A stretch of DNA of 64,000 nt from positions 1 through 64,000 of the forward strand of contig CM074817.1 of the NCBI GenBank assembly GCA_037447605.1, read 5' to 3'. Both the position numbers and the translations under genes were made by a program. Source of the stretch: Zygnema circumcarinatum SAG 698-1b. Taxonomy: Eukaryota > Plantae > Zygnematophyceae. The stretch's first letter is position 1, and the number at the start of each line of letters is the position of its first letter. The notes below the pieces were generated by a model that worked only from the letters and a program-made list of their open reading frames with translations, had not been told where the DNA came from and made no database searches. Shown one piece after another: positions 49,239-62,130 of this stretch.

Positions 49239-51649
49239 GTGAGTCCCTTATTTGTGTTTGCAGGTCTCAAATGTTGCTGTACCCAATTGAATGTTGGAGC
49301 GTATCATTGGACAGTGCTTGTTTACAGCATTGCCAGCATTGGCAGAGCACAAAACTGTTCAAAAGTGAAGCTTTATCNNNNNNNNNNNNNNNNNNNNNNN
49401 NNNNNNNNNNNNNNNNNNNNNNNNNNNNNNNNNNNNNNNNNNNNNNNNNNNNNNNNNNNNNNNNNNNNNNNNNNNNNNNNNNNNNNNNNNNNNNNNNNNN
49501 NNNNNNNNNNNNNNNNNNNNNNNNNNNNNNNNNNNNNNNNNNNNNNNNNNNNNNNNNNNGGGGGGGTAGGAAATGTACCGGAATGTTACAGGAAGGAGGG
49601 TAAAATACGAGACAGAGGGGGAAGAGGCGTAGGGAAGAGGTAGAGGAAGAAGACGAGTTAAGGAGGGAGCAAACATGTCATGTGAGGTATGATTTTTCTT
49701 TTGTCGAGTCACAAGATGTGTCAGATAATTGCGTGGAGATTTGATGGGGGCTCATATTGGAGGCATGACCTGTGAATGCAGAGGATGGATTCGGCCATGG
49801 CGGGCCAATCACAATGCACATCTTCAAGAGGAAAGTGGACCTTTCTTCAGTCCTGATCGCGAAGGATTTGAGCGATCGTCTAAGTTATGAGTTAGCCGCG
49901 AGGCACGCGTGCGGCAGACTGCACATGACGCTGCCCTCTACTGAAACCCTACAAGGCTTTCCATGCGTTCAGTTACAGTTTTTGTGTGCGTTTGATGAGA
50001 GGTCCAAAAAGGCATCTGATCGCCTTGCGGTCGAAGGAAGGACCCACGAAACTTCTTCTTTTTTCCGTTGACCGGTCAACCGAACACACCTGCTTTGGAG
50101 AAAACTTGGCTCTCAAAAGTTTGTGTTATCTGTGCGCTTGGAAAAGTGGGCTTGTTTGGGAGTGGAAGCAGGACCGTGGAGAATGCAGGGGTTCAGGGCA
50201 GCTTCTTTGTTTGTCTTGAAAATGCGCGATGTGCATGCGCCATGTGCATTGTGCCATGTGCTTGACAATTTTGGGTTGGTCCGGTCCATATTTGTGCTCA
50301 TTTGGTTTTGATGTTTCTGTCCGAAGTTGCGAACCCAAACCCCACTCAGCTCTTCAACAAAGGTTGGAGCCGTCTGCGTGGCCAGCGACTAGCGGAGCTG
50401 TCCAATGAGGACACGTCACTTGGCTGCTGTGTGCCGCCTTTTGCGCTGCTGATGCCACGTGGACACCTCACAGCCTTGCTTTTAGGTTTGCAGCATTCCA
50501 CAGGTCAGACCATTGGATCAACCATTGGATCAACAATTGCATCAACTATTGGAATGGTTGCGAACCATTGTTTCACGTCCTTCCCAACCATTGCCAATGG
50601 TCCGAACCAACCATTGGATGCCAATGGTTGCGAACATTGGCATTGGCAATGTCGGTGCCAACTGGTTCCGAACCATTCGTATTTCGGTCGCCACGTGGCC
50701 TCGGCCAATTGGCTGCGTCACGGCGCGCCGTTGGCTGCGGGAACAGCGCCGTCAGCGTGGCACCGAGCTGGATCCTCACTGGCCACGTGGCGACGAGCAA
50801 TTGGTAAACGCCATCGTGGCAGCCACGTGGTTGTTGCCACGTCGGCAAACTGCCCCCTGATGGAACCCGAAAGTGCTTCGCACAGGACGCTAAACTGCAG
50901 CATGGAACCGCGCCCTCCTACCAAGATGCGGTTGAACCACCAAAGCGATCGAAGGCAGTTCATTGAAATCGGGGAACCATCCATCCGTACCTGTACTGCT
51001 GCCACAGCTCAAAGTAAAAAAAAACTTAACCACGCTCAAAGGTAGCACTAGTTGTAAGGATGTAGTTGACCACATTACATTAACATTTGATGATTTGCTT
51101 CCGCTTCCTCACATACATACTTTACATCTCTGCCTCCTCAGACTGCTCCGGTCAGCTCCATCCCCACTCCCTTTCCTTTGTCCCCCCCTTCCTCAGTTTC
51201 CGTAGTTTCTAGGTCTGTTTCCGTTTGAAGTACTTTCCCATCGGACATTCGTAGAAGCAGAAACAAAAAAACAAGAGCACGAAACTTCATTTTGATTTTG
51301 AACCTCGAAGTCCCAAAAGCCACTTTCTCTGCAAGCACTTCCTATACACATTCTACAATACAAGTGTCAGTTTGTATGTTCTTCCGTATCCCGCGTTCCA
51401 CGTGTTCGCCTTTGCCTGCAACCACATAGATTCAGTCAGTCAGTCAGTCAGTCATAGTCAGTCTGACAGTCAGTCAGTCTGCCCAAACGGATACATGGAC
51501 CTCATAATGCATCCGTGAAATGAGGGGAACAGCCTAGAAACATATACAAACAGAAAGGAAGTAGAGTGACCCGAAAGCTAGTTTTCATTGTTTGTAGGGA
51601 AAAAACACACGAGTCAAATTTGAGAGGAAAGTAGCATGTGATGTGTTCA

Positions 51650-53900
51650 CACCTCTACCTTGCTGTCGATGTGGGGATCCAATCAGGAGGGAAAGGCGCT
51701 TCGTTCTGACGATCTGTGCCCTCTCCGTTCGAAGGATTTCTGTAGGCCACTGCGGGAGTTGCCATTACGGCTGACGGATTTTGGGTCTGCATGAGAAAGG
51801 AAGTGATTTCACGGAGAAGCCATTCTTGCTCCCACTGAGACAAATACTCTCCGAAGCTCTGAGTGCTGCCCGGCTCCTCTATTTCGCAAGATGTCGAATA
51901 GCTCTGCTTTCCCAGTAAAATGTCAGACAGAGGGAGACAGTGGATTAGGGAGGGGGAAGTGATGGAGAGAGAAGGAGGGGGAAGAGAGGAAGAGGGGAAG
52001 AGGAGACAGGAATATTCCAGTAGGGACAGAGAGAGACGTAGGGAGGGGTGGGAGACAGAAACAGTCCAGAGTAGGAAAGAATAGGAAAGAGAGAGAAAGG
52101 GAGAGAGAGAGAGAGAAAGGGGGGAGAATGGGCAGGGACAGGATCTAACCACAGACGTATGATGTTCGGTAGTATGGTGTGAAACATTTGTCCTCAGTCT
52201 GACAGCCAAAATGTTTGCTGTCCTGCCCGTGTACGAACTGCTAAGTGTAGTCCCAATAAAATGTTCGATTTCGTAATTTTCGCGGCCGATGAAAATATGG
52301 GTCCTGCTATTTAGCATGTGATAAANNNNNNNNNNTCCAAACAAGCCTGCCATAACAGAACAGAGATAGTAAAACGAAAAGACTTATAATGGAGCCGGAA
52401 AATAATGTTATAATCAAATTTATGAGCACGATGAGATTCTCTCGTCCCCTTTCTCTCCCTTCTATACCTCGTCCTTTCCCTCTTCTAACTCTCCCCACCC
52501 TCTATGCCTCTCATCTCTCCCTCTCTCACATTCAAGTAGATAAGGGGAGGGAGAAGACGGAGAAGTGGAAGAGACGAAGAAGGAGAAGGAAGAAAAAGAG
52601 AAGGAAAAGCGAGAAAAAAAAGAGAGGGAAAAGCGGGAGCAAGAGGGAGGAAAGTCCACCAGATTCCCGCTGCGATGAAGGGCAGCAGCAGCAGAGCGGG
52701 AAACCACTCCACATGATGCGAAAAAGTGACACTCACAGCTGTCCACACAATGCAATTCCACACCTGCCTTCCGACAACAAACCAACCAATCCTGTCAAAA
52801 GAAGTCAAGCGAAGTCAAGTCAAACAATGTCAAGCAAGCAACCCCTTGCAAAACCTTAACAAGGAAAAGCCTGTGCAAGAAAAAGTAATCCATTTTATCG
52901 GTATGTTGGAAACTACGACTCACAACTGAAAACGAGCATAAAAAAGGGCAAGATGAAGCTTCCAAATGTCCAGCCCACAGGTGGAATCGCAATATCCAGT
53001 CCAGCGAACTGTCTTTCCACCACCTGCACCTTCAAAGGAAATATATGATCAACATGCAAAAGATGGGAGGAAATTGGAACTGACAGCACGTACAAGTGGT
53101 GGACGAGGGACATAGGTAGTACATGTAAGGTTTCTACAAATATTTCATTTGATGGCTTAAATCAATTTATAGCGTACCAAACGAGTGGGCCGTGGAGCTT
53201 GAAGGACTCCAAGGGGAGGAGGTTGTTGGCCCGGTCGCCTCCAATAATCTGTTGAGCTCGAAGAACGAAAGCCTTCTTCTGGTAATGCATTTGAGGGCCT
53301 GTCGGACTGCAGACATGTTTGAAAATAAAGCGAGAAACGGAAATTGAGAGCAAGACAAAGAACTTGGTTAACCGGAGTTCCGATGGAAGTACAAGTTCAC
53401 GATTATGCAGTCAGCAGCCATGGGAAGAGAGTGCGAGAGTGAGTGGGAGAGAGAGAGGGGGAGAGAGGGGCAGATAGGTTAAAGAAGAGACGGCGAGGGA
53501 TGAGGGAAGAGAGAGGGAGGAGGGAGAGAGAAGAGAGAGAGAGAGAGAAAATGGAATGAACATGAGGATGTGATCGCCATGCGAGCTGATGACGGTAAAA
53601 TGACACACCATTAGTCCCTCAGTTCACTTCCCAGCAGTGCAACGAAACCCTAAATCCGACATGATCACCTCGACATGAAAAGTCATCAAATATCTGAAAA
53701 CAGCCTCACAATGAGACGTTACATACTGAGAATATTTTACGGAAAATATGAAACTGAAGCTTATCAACTTCACATACAAATGACGAAAAAAATCTCTGTA
53801 ATCGTAAAACGCAGAGAGGGAGATGCTGCTTACCGAAGCCGCCTCTCCTGCGGGGAATCCTCCTCCCATTCTGCGCCTTTTCAACCCTCGCCCTGAAGCT
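51650..53900 (-). CDS. Unidentified multi-exon gene candidate; its homolog in unit 1 is mostly hidden by gap 31035-31044
   Basis: AG/GT-bounded open segments, e.g. 53306-53178 (129 nt, also present at ~31045-31136), ~53005-52925 and ~52790-52740 (hydrophobic, IGWFVVGRQVWNCIVWTA). No family recognised. Confidence 0.35.
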
Positions 53901-54558
53901 TGTAACCCTGTGACCTAAAAACCAGTTCGACCCGCTCCTTCCTGCACACTCAAACCTCTGCTTGACCGCTCAAGGGAAGAAAAAAAAGACCTCGAAAGGG
54001 ACATGCAGGGATGGTGGGATGGAAGAGGGGGAGGGGGGGGGGGATCATACAGTTCTGTACGAAAACCCTAAGAAATCATTTCTATGCAGGTAAGTCGACC
54101 CAGTTACCGTGGCCATTTCAGTTTCGTGAAGTCTATATCTGTGTAGTTCAACGACGCAGTTCTGAACTGGACATCTCGACATATGTTACTGCGTAATTTA
54201 TTGGTACATATCTGAAGTTTGGTCTGCATGTCGCTGTTCAGTTCAGACGCAGTTCCGTAGCAACAGGACGATTGTGTTTCACATAGAAATGATGTACGGC
54301 AAAGTTTGACCAGGGGAAACAAACGAGTTGACTAACCAGAGAGATGGTGACTTGGGTTTGCTCCACACTCTCCCTCCTCTCTTCCTCTCCCCCATCACTC
54401 TCTCCTTTCTCACCCTCCCTCCTTCCCTCTCTCTCTCTCTCCCTTCACTCCCTCTCTCCCACTCTCTTCCTCTTCCAGTCCCTCCTCCCCTCCCCCCTAC
54501 CCACTCCCTCTCTCGCTCCCTCGCCTTCCCCCTCCCCTCTCCCCTCTCCCCTGTCTAC

Positions 54559-54601
<43 letters not shown>

Positions 54602-54611
54602 NNNNNNNNNN

Positions 54612-54663
<52 letters not shown>

Positions 54664-55983
54664 GCTTAATTAGATGCGTCCTCTAACTGTAGTTACTGGT
54701 TCACTCGACCTATCTTTGTCAGTTCCATGACCGAGCAATTATGAAGGAGGTCATCCTCATAACGCATGCAAGCGGTTTCTTTCGTTGAAAGCATGACAAT
54801 TTACGCACCTAAAGGGTCAAAGGCCAGCGATGACGCCTTCAAATCAAGTTTTTCAACACTCAACAATGCCCAAATGGAGCAAAGCCAACTGTTTGAACCC
54901 CAACCATTGGCACGCCACAAACGAACCAGACCAAAACCAAACCTTGAGCCGTTCTCTCCCCAACAACTTCGCCTCTTTTCTCCATGCGCGTGCTGCTCGG
55001 CCATTGGCTGAGACGCGAAACAATGGTTGGCAACAAACCAGCCATTTCCAACGGTTGATCCAACCAATGGCTCGCCCCGCGCAACATGGTCCCCTTTGTT
55101 GCTCACATAAAGCGCCCAACGCCGTACAATTACAGTTTCGTACGGATGGAGCAGAGCTCGCCACGTGGCGGTCTTGATACGGACCACGCCTCCCACAGAT
55201 TCGTATCTGTACGAACGGTGACACTTAGTTTGTACGGACTGGCCTTTTCGCGCAGGCCGCGAGCTGCGAGTCGGTGAAGCCAATGGGGGAACGCCACGTG
55301 ACAGAAAAAGAGAGGAGCCACGTCTGAGCGATGCTGAACAACACGGAAAGCACCGACCACGCATGGATCGGCGGCGGCGGCGAAGACCGACCGACCAGCA
55401 GCGGCCCCGCGGGTGGCCGCGGAAGGGGAGGGAGAGAGAGAGAGGGAGAAAGAAAGAGAGAGGGAGAGAGAGAGAGGGAGAAAGAAAGAGAGAGGGAGAG
55501 AAGGGAGAGAGAGAGGTAGGGAGGGAGGGAGGAAGAGGAGAGGGGGAGATGGAGGGGAATGTGGAGACGGAGAGAGTGAGAGAGAGAGGGAGAGAGGTAG
55601 GGCGGAGTGGGAGGGGAGGGAGGAGAGGGAGAGCAGGGGGAGAGGAACGAAATTAAGGATATAGATAAAGGGAGGAGAGGATGGAGAAAGGAAAAGGATG
55701 ATGGAGGGAGAGCGAGATGGTGAGAGGGGAGAGGAGAGTGCAGTGAAAGAGAGGGCGAGCTGTGAGGGAGGGAGACTAAAGAGATGACGAGAATTGGAAG
55801 GAAGAGAGAAGATGGGGACAGTGAATTATCCGGAATAGCAAATGGAATGTGAGTGAATAGATAGGGCGAGACGTGAGGTGGAGGGAGAGAGAGGAATGGT
55901 GGAAAGAGGGAGACGAGGAGGAGAGAGGCAGCGCTCAAATACTCGCACCACCGTTAGCAGCGCGTTTTCTTTTATATAATTTG

Positions 55984-56186
55984 GGGCTCAGATAATGTAA
56001 GCTTCAATGCCTTTGCGGATCTCCTTCATTAAATCACTAAGAGAGGAAAAACCCACTTTCTCAATTCAGTGCAAGCAGTAATTTAAGGCTGCTCATTCAC
56101 TTGTGCAAGACAGTGTTGCCCCACATCGACATCTCTCTGCATTTTGCTGCATTGCATTTCCTTTGATATTCTGCCTCTTGTTTTAT
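55984..56186 (-). CDS. Possible last two exons of a small unidentified gene
   Basis: CAG|IKQEAEYQRKCNAAKCREMSMWGNTVLH(N)|GTGAAT...TTAG|DLMKEIRKGIEAYII*; splice phases are compatible. No start exon was found. Confidence 0.3.
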
Positions 56187-56304
56187 CTGCGGGAATGGAA
56201 AGAAGTAAGGGAAAAATGAAAGACAGGAAATGTGCTCAAATGAAGGCTAAGACAGAACGGAGGGGAGACAGATGCCAAATAGGCGCTGCCGCCATAATAC
56301 GAGA

Positions 56305-56620
56305 AGGAGAGAGGGAGTGAGAGAGGGAGTGAGAGAGGGAGCGAGAGAGGGAGTCAGAGAGGGAGTGAGAGAGAGGGAGCGAGAGAGGTAGTGAGAGAGG
56401 GAGTGAGAGAGGGAGTGAGAGAGGGAGAGAGAGAGGGAGTGAGAGAGCGAGAGAGGCAGTGAGAGAGGCAGTAAGAGAGGGAGTGAGAGAGGGAGTGAGA
56501 GAGTGAGTGAGAGAGGGAGTGAGCGAGGGAGTGAGAGCGGGAGTGAGAGAGGGAGTGAGAGAGGGAGAGAGAGAGGGAGTTAGAGAGGGAGTGAGAGAGG
56601 GAGTTAGAGAGGGAGGGAGA
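56305..56620. repeat. 12-bp-unit GA-rich tandem repeat (GAGAGGGAGTGA)n upstream of the kinase gene
   Basis: Direct reading; produces the spurious PSLT-repeat ORF. Confidence 0.85.
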
Positions 56621-56820
56621 GAGGGAAAGAATGGGAGAGGAGATGGGCTGAACAGTGGAAGTGGCTGTTTGAGAATGTGTCCTGCCTGGCTCATCTGACT
56701 AACCAATTGAATTGACTAACCATCAACCTTAAGTGTGCGTCCGTTTCTGTGCGCAGAGTCGCCCCTTCCCTGTCGCTCGCCTTACTCAGTTAGTCAATCA
56801 GTCAGTCAGCCGTCTTAGCC

Positions 56821-59800
56821 ATGGCTGGAGACTTAACCGAAGTGCTCCTTAAGGGCGGCGAATTTTCCTCCCCTTCGCCCGCTGGGGAAGAAGCGGTCGC
56901 AAGCAGCCGGAGATGGAGCTCGCGGGTCTCTCTGCTCTCGCTGCTGAGAGTTTCTAGGCGGAGTATGAAGAAGCCCGGCCCTCAGATTGGGGAAAAAAGA
57001 AAGGACAACAAGGATAGGGAGGATGTAAACATGAAGCTGAAGGAGAAGGTTAGAGGCACCGACACTCTTCAAGATGGTGTCCCAAGGGATGTGAACCCCT
57101 CTCAACACCCCACATTCAATAAGAGCTTCGTCAATCCAAGCAGCGGTAGCAACGGAGTTGCAATGGACGAGCAGCCCTCACCGTTGATAGGGTGGAAGTG
57201 TTTGGAGGGAAGTCAAGAGACTGTATTGCAGAAGTCAGGACCTGTGGTAGCCATGAGGCCGAAAGAAGAGATTAAAGCACCTAGAAAGAAGCCACGCCGG
57301 AAAATTACAGTGAAGTGGGAAGAGCTGGCGGCAATAGAACCGTCAGAGGCTTACTCCCATGCCCTTACAAGGGCTATTGTGGGAGGGACGGAGGGGATTT
57401 CTGAGGGTGGTAGGAGCCCGCCCCGCAAGAGCCATAGTAAGGGATCTCTCGCCTCTCTGATGTTGGGCGATGCTCTTCGCCAGCCCTTTAGATGGGAGCT
57501 CGTTCAAGAAACCACTTTTTCCGGCCATGAAAGCTCCCATAGTTCGTATCACAGTCCCTCTATGACTTCGTCTATGGCTTCCGGCCAAACATCGGAGTCG
57601 TCGACACCCACTTCCTCGTCATCACCTTCGGAATCATCTCCTTTTCCTCTCCACCCTCCAGGGACTCGCAATCGCTGGTCCTTTACTTCTGTGGAAGATG
57701 GGGGCGGAGTTTTGGACGAAAATAAGCTTCTAAGAAATGGGGAGGCTCCAAAGGGTTTGCGTTTCCGTCTTAGGGAGCCATTGGGGCGGCTTCCTTCTTT
57801 CTCGATCTTAAGTAAGCCCGGAGCCGCATATGACTTAGGAGAAGGGGATGTTGGCGGCATTCCTCCATTGACATTCTGGAGGCAAGTTGGGCTCTGTTTT
57901 TGGTCGTTTTTCGTCGCATCGGCAGTGGTGGCCACGGCTGTATTCATCGGAGGAATGGCTTCGCGGAGTCGGGGAGACTTTAGGTGAGTCACTTTGAGCA
58001 GGTTTTGGGATGTCCTTTTGCCCTTCCTAATGCGGTCCAGGAAAACTAGTTTTTATTTTTGGGTTTGATGTCTGTTTCAATGGCCATAGGAAACCAGTGC
58101 TTCCGAATCTGGATGGATCAGTAGGTTCCCTTTGTGTTAAGAGTGTCTCATGTGTGGGATGACAAGGTACCATGTGCTCCATGTCATGCCTGCTACATGC
58201 ATGTACCCAATGTGCCCCCTCTTGCATGCACATGGAAAATTCACGTTCCTATAATGTCTCCCCATGCACATGCCACATGTTACATGCATGTGTACCCACA
58301 TGTGGCCCCATGCACATGCCACATGTTACATGCGTGTACCCACATGTGGCCCCATGCACATGCCCCATGTTACATGCATGTGTACCCACATGTGGACCCA
58401 TCCCATGGTGCAGATATGGCGCGCATGTCTCCATCGCGTGGGCGGGCACTGCCTTCGCGGTGGCGGTGGTCTCGAGCTGTTTGGGAGCGCTTTGGCAGCT
58501 AGCGCTCGCCATGGAGGCGCGGGCGGCAAGCCTTGTCCGCCAGCTGGAGGGCGGCGGGCGGGCGGGGGGGGAGAGAGATGCCAAGGCGCAGTTCTTGGGG
58601 AGTCTCTCGCATGAAGTGAGGACCCCCCTCAATGGGATGATTGGTGGGTTTTCCCTCCTCCTTGCAGACATTGTTCTGGAGATAGAACTGTTGGTAGATG
58701 TAGCACAATGTGTGTTCTAGAGGTTTGTTCAACATGGTTTGATTCCATGTTCAGGGCCTGTAAGCGACCTCGCATGGCTGACCAATTCAGGCTGACGGAT
58801 TTGTGGGGCTGTGTGCAGGCATGTTGGGCAGTCTGCAGGATTCAGAGGGCCTCCCAGAAGAGCAGCAAACCCGAGTAGAGAAAGCCCTTGTTGAAAGCTG
58901 GTCTTTAACGGACTGGTTGGCAGAGTTTGTTCTAACGGAACTTGGCCTCCCAAGAGCCTCCGCTTCAAGAAGGGCCTCTCTTGCGAGGCCCCGCCGAGGG
59001 CGTCTTTCTATTGAGGCTCCGCCGCGGTCGGTCCGTTTACCGAACGCGGCAGAACTAGGCGCACACCCGACGGTAGCTGCACAACGGAGCGAGCAAAAGG
59101 AGGCCGCCAGGGGTGTGCCTGGAAGGGTTGGGGATCGGACAGGGGAGGGAGGGGTAGACCGTCGTGAAGGAGAGGGCGGGGAGGGAGGGAGGGGGAGAGG
59201 GAGACGGGGAGGGGGAGGGGGAGGGGGAGGAGAAGAGGGAGGAGAGGGAGAGGGACGGGGAGGGAGAGGGAGAGGTAGAGGGAGTGAGGGAGAAGGAGGG
59301 GGAGAGGGAGGAGGGGGAGAGAGAGGGAGAGGGGGGAGGCAGTTGCCTTCTGCCAATTGGAAGGAGGCTGGTGAGAGGACAGAGTGTAGTGTGGAGGAAG
59401 GAGGTATTGCAGCAGCAAAGGGAGGAGGCTCAAAGGAGGCAGCTCAAGGGAAGAAAAGTGCTGAATCTGGTCATGGGTTGGACTTAGAGAAAGAGGAGAA
59501 TGGCCGTTCTGTTGATCGAGCTGCAAACAGGCGGATAAGTAAAAGGGCCACAAATGAAGAATGTGACCGAGCAAATTTAGGAGATCGGGAAGTGAAAGAT
59601 AGGTGTTCTGATGTACACGATGGAATTGCCAACTCGGTTGAACCCGAAGAGGTGGATCTCGTGGGTGGAATTCTCTCTTCGATGAGATCAAGGCGAGAGA
59701 AATTTAATGAGGGAGGTGATTGTTGCATAAAATTGGCTCACTGCAGATGCAAGGAGAGCGTTGAACCGCTGGAAAACTCCAAAAGTCGAAATACGGAAAA

Positions 59801-61253
59801 TAAGCAGCAGAGCACAAGGGAAGCTAGGGAAAGTCTGCTGCCATCTTCGCCCCAAATTCTGCCTCTCTCTCAGAAAAAAGAGGAGCTTAATAGCCTCTTG
59901 CAGCCCTCAAGCATTTCGAATTTGAAGACTGAGTCAAAGGCTGTGAATGGAGAGATGAGTCCTGCAGAGGGCCGCCTTCAAAGGGCTGTTCCAAAGGAGC
60001 CCCCCCCTGAGAAGGAGGTGCTTCCGGAAGGAAACTCCTTAGATTTTCTGAAAGGCAAAAGAGTGCTGGTACGAGTCTCCATTCATTATCCATCCATTCT
60101 CAATTTTTATGATCTGACGATGATTTTTGAAAAGGGTCCGATGTCTTGCAGCTCTGTCTTGGAAAGTATGCTCATGATTCAATTCTCTGAGCAAGTGCAG
60201 GTGGTTGACGACAACGTGGTTAACCGAAAGGTGATCGCGGCCAAACTGAAGCCGTTTGGCTGTGTGGTGTCGGAAGCGGTCAACGGAAGAGAGGCGGTCG
60301 AGAAGCTGACGCCCATCGACAGCCATGGCTTCGTCTGCGTCTTCATGGACCTCCAGGTGCGTTGCGAGGCAGGGCGGCAGAGTCAGGCTGAGTGCAGGGT
60401 CCCCTGCTTCTCGTTGTTTGCGAGAGCGAGAGAGCCAGAGAGAGAGGGAGAGAGAGAGAGAGAGTGGGAGAGTCCGAGAGGGTTAGGGAGAGAAGGGGAG
60501 GGGGAGGGGCAAGGAGAGAGGAATGAGGAAGGGGAGGGGAATGTAGGAGAAGGGAAGGGGAGCAGAAGGAACAGGGAGAGGGAGAGGGAGGGGAAGAGGT
60601 AGGGGGAAGGGGAGAGGGAGGGGGAGGGAGGCGGAGGGCGGAGAAGGGAGGGGGGCCAGAAGGAAGAGGGAGAGAGAGGGGGAGCGGGAGCGGGAGGGAA
60701 AGTGGAGGGAGGGGGAAGGGGAGGGCGAGGGGGAGCGGGAGGGAGGAGAAGGGTGGGGGAGCAGAAGGAAGAGGGAGAGAGCGGGATGGGGGAGGGAAAG
60801 TGGAGGGAGGAGGGGGAAGGGGAGGGGGAGCGGGAGGGAGGAGAAGGGAGGGGGAGCAGAAGGAAGAGGGAGGGGGAGGGGGAGGGGGAGGGAGGGAGCG
60901 GGAATGGGGGCCGCCAGTTGGACCGGGAGGGGCGGAGGGCGGAGAGGAGGGATAATGATCGTGACGTGACGCCCGTCACAGCGCTCAGCTCACCGTTGGA
61001 TGCTGCATGCATGCTTGCATGTCAGATGCCGGTGATGGACGGCTACGATGCGACCCGTGAGATCCGACGGCTGGAGGCCCTCGCCGGGCGGCCCTGTCCC
61101 CGGGTGGCCGTGGTGGCCGTGACGGCGGACGTGGTCTCCGGCGCGCGGGAGCGCTGCGAGGCGGCGGGGATGGACGGCTTTTTGACCAAGCCGCTGGCTA
61201 ACGGCCGGCTAAGGGCGGCGCTGGGGCTGCTGGAAGCGAGGTTGACCGACTGA
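56821..61253 (+). CDS. Atypical hybrid histidine kinase: Ser-rich N-terminus - 2 TM - HisKA - low-complexity linker - receiver domain
   Basis: Exons 56821-57983, 58414-58643, 58819-60068, 60201-60356 and 61026-61253 with consistent phases. H-box FLGSLSHEVRTPLNGMIGML; REC RVLVVDDNVVN...MDLQMPVMDG...VTAD...GMDGFLTKP. Confidence 0.88.
58260..58400. repeat. ~46-bp minisatellite x3 (CCCATGCACATGCCACATGTTACATGCATGTGTACCCACATGTGGC) in kinase intron 1
   Basis: Direct reading. Confidence 0.85.
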
Positions 61254-62130
61254 CCAGGAATGACCAAAGGACGGGCAACTGGGTGGCGGTCAACTAGTTG
61301 ACCAAGGCTGATCAAGGGGGGGAGGGGGGGGGGTGTTGACTGATGGGGTTAATTGGCTGACTAAGGATGACCAAGGGGGAAGGTGATTGGGACAAGCAGG
61401 GGACGAAGTCTCGAGGCTGGTCTGGAGGAGATGGTGGTTTATTTTGGCTTATTTCATTTTTTTTTATTATTGTAAAAAAAGGAGAGTGGTGCGGAGCTGC
61501 CATTGTTCGTTTTTGCGTTAGCACGAACGAGCCGGAAGGGGAAAGGATGGCTGAGGAGGTGGGTCGTGGTGGGAGGCACGAGCTGCTTCCTCATCCATCT
61601 TCTTTTCCTTTTTTCCCTTCTAAGAAAGTGAGTAGTTGCATCTATGTGCGTGCTGGATCGGGGGTGATCAGTTTGTAGATTCCAATTTTTTAATCATCTA
61701 TTTGGGAAAGGAATGAAACACGGGGACCGGTTTTTCAGCAATGTTATCTTTACTGGATTCATCCAGAGTGATGTAATTGAATTCGCGGTTCATCGAGTAT
61801 TCACAACATTGTATGTGATGAGGTCGTATGCATGACACATGAATGCATGTGTTCAACAAAATCTGAACATGACACATGTATGTGTGTACACATCAATCCT
61901 TGCATCATATCAATTCCGTATGAGCAGAAAAATCTCACTCATAGCACACCGTGACATATGTCTACCCGTGCATGGCCCACGCATGTGTGATCGGCACCCA
62001 TACATGACAAGACACATCCATAAAGACGTCGTAACGTATGCATTGCTGGTCCGTACTGGTCCTTAGCAACACAAAGAAAGAAAGAAAGAAAGAAAGGACC
62101 CATGAAGGTATCGCCTTCATTCATGGCTTC

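Noticed and set aside
51138-51338. Small ORF with a signal-peptide-like MKFRALVFLFLLL
   Set aside because: The homologous region at ~30450-30620 has frame-breaking indels; no other support.
58134-58529. His/Cys/Met-rich ORFs resembling metal-binding peptides
   Set aside because: Translations of the intronic 46-bp minisatellite.
59455-59490. GHGLDL as an HATPase G2 box
   Set aside because: Isolated resemblance without N, G1 or F boxes or the correct spacing.
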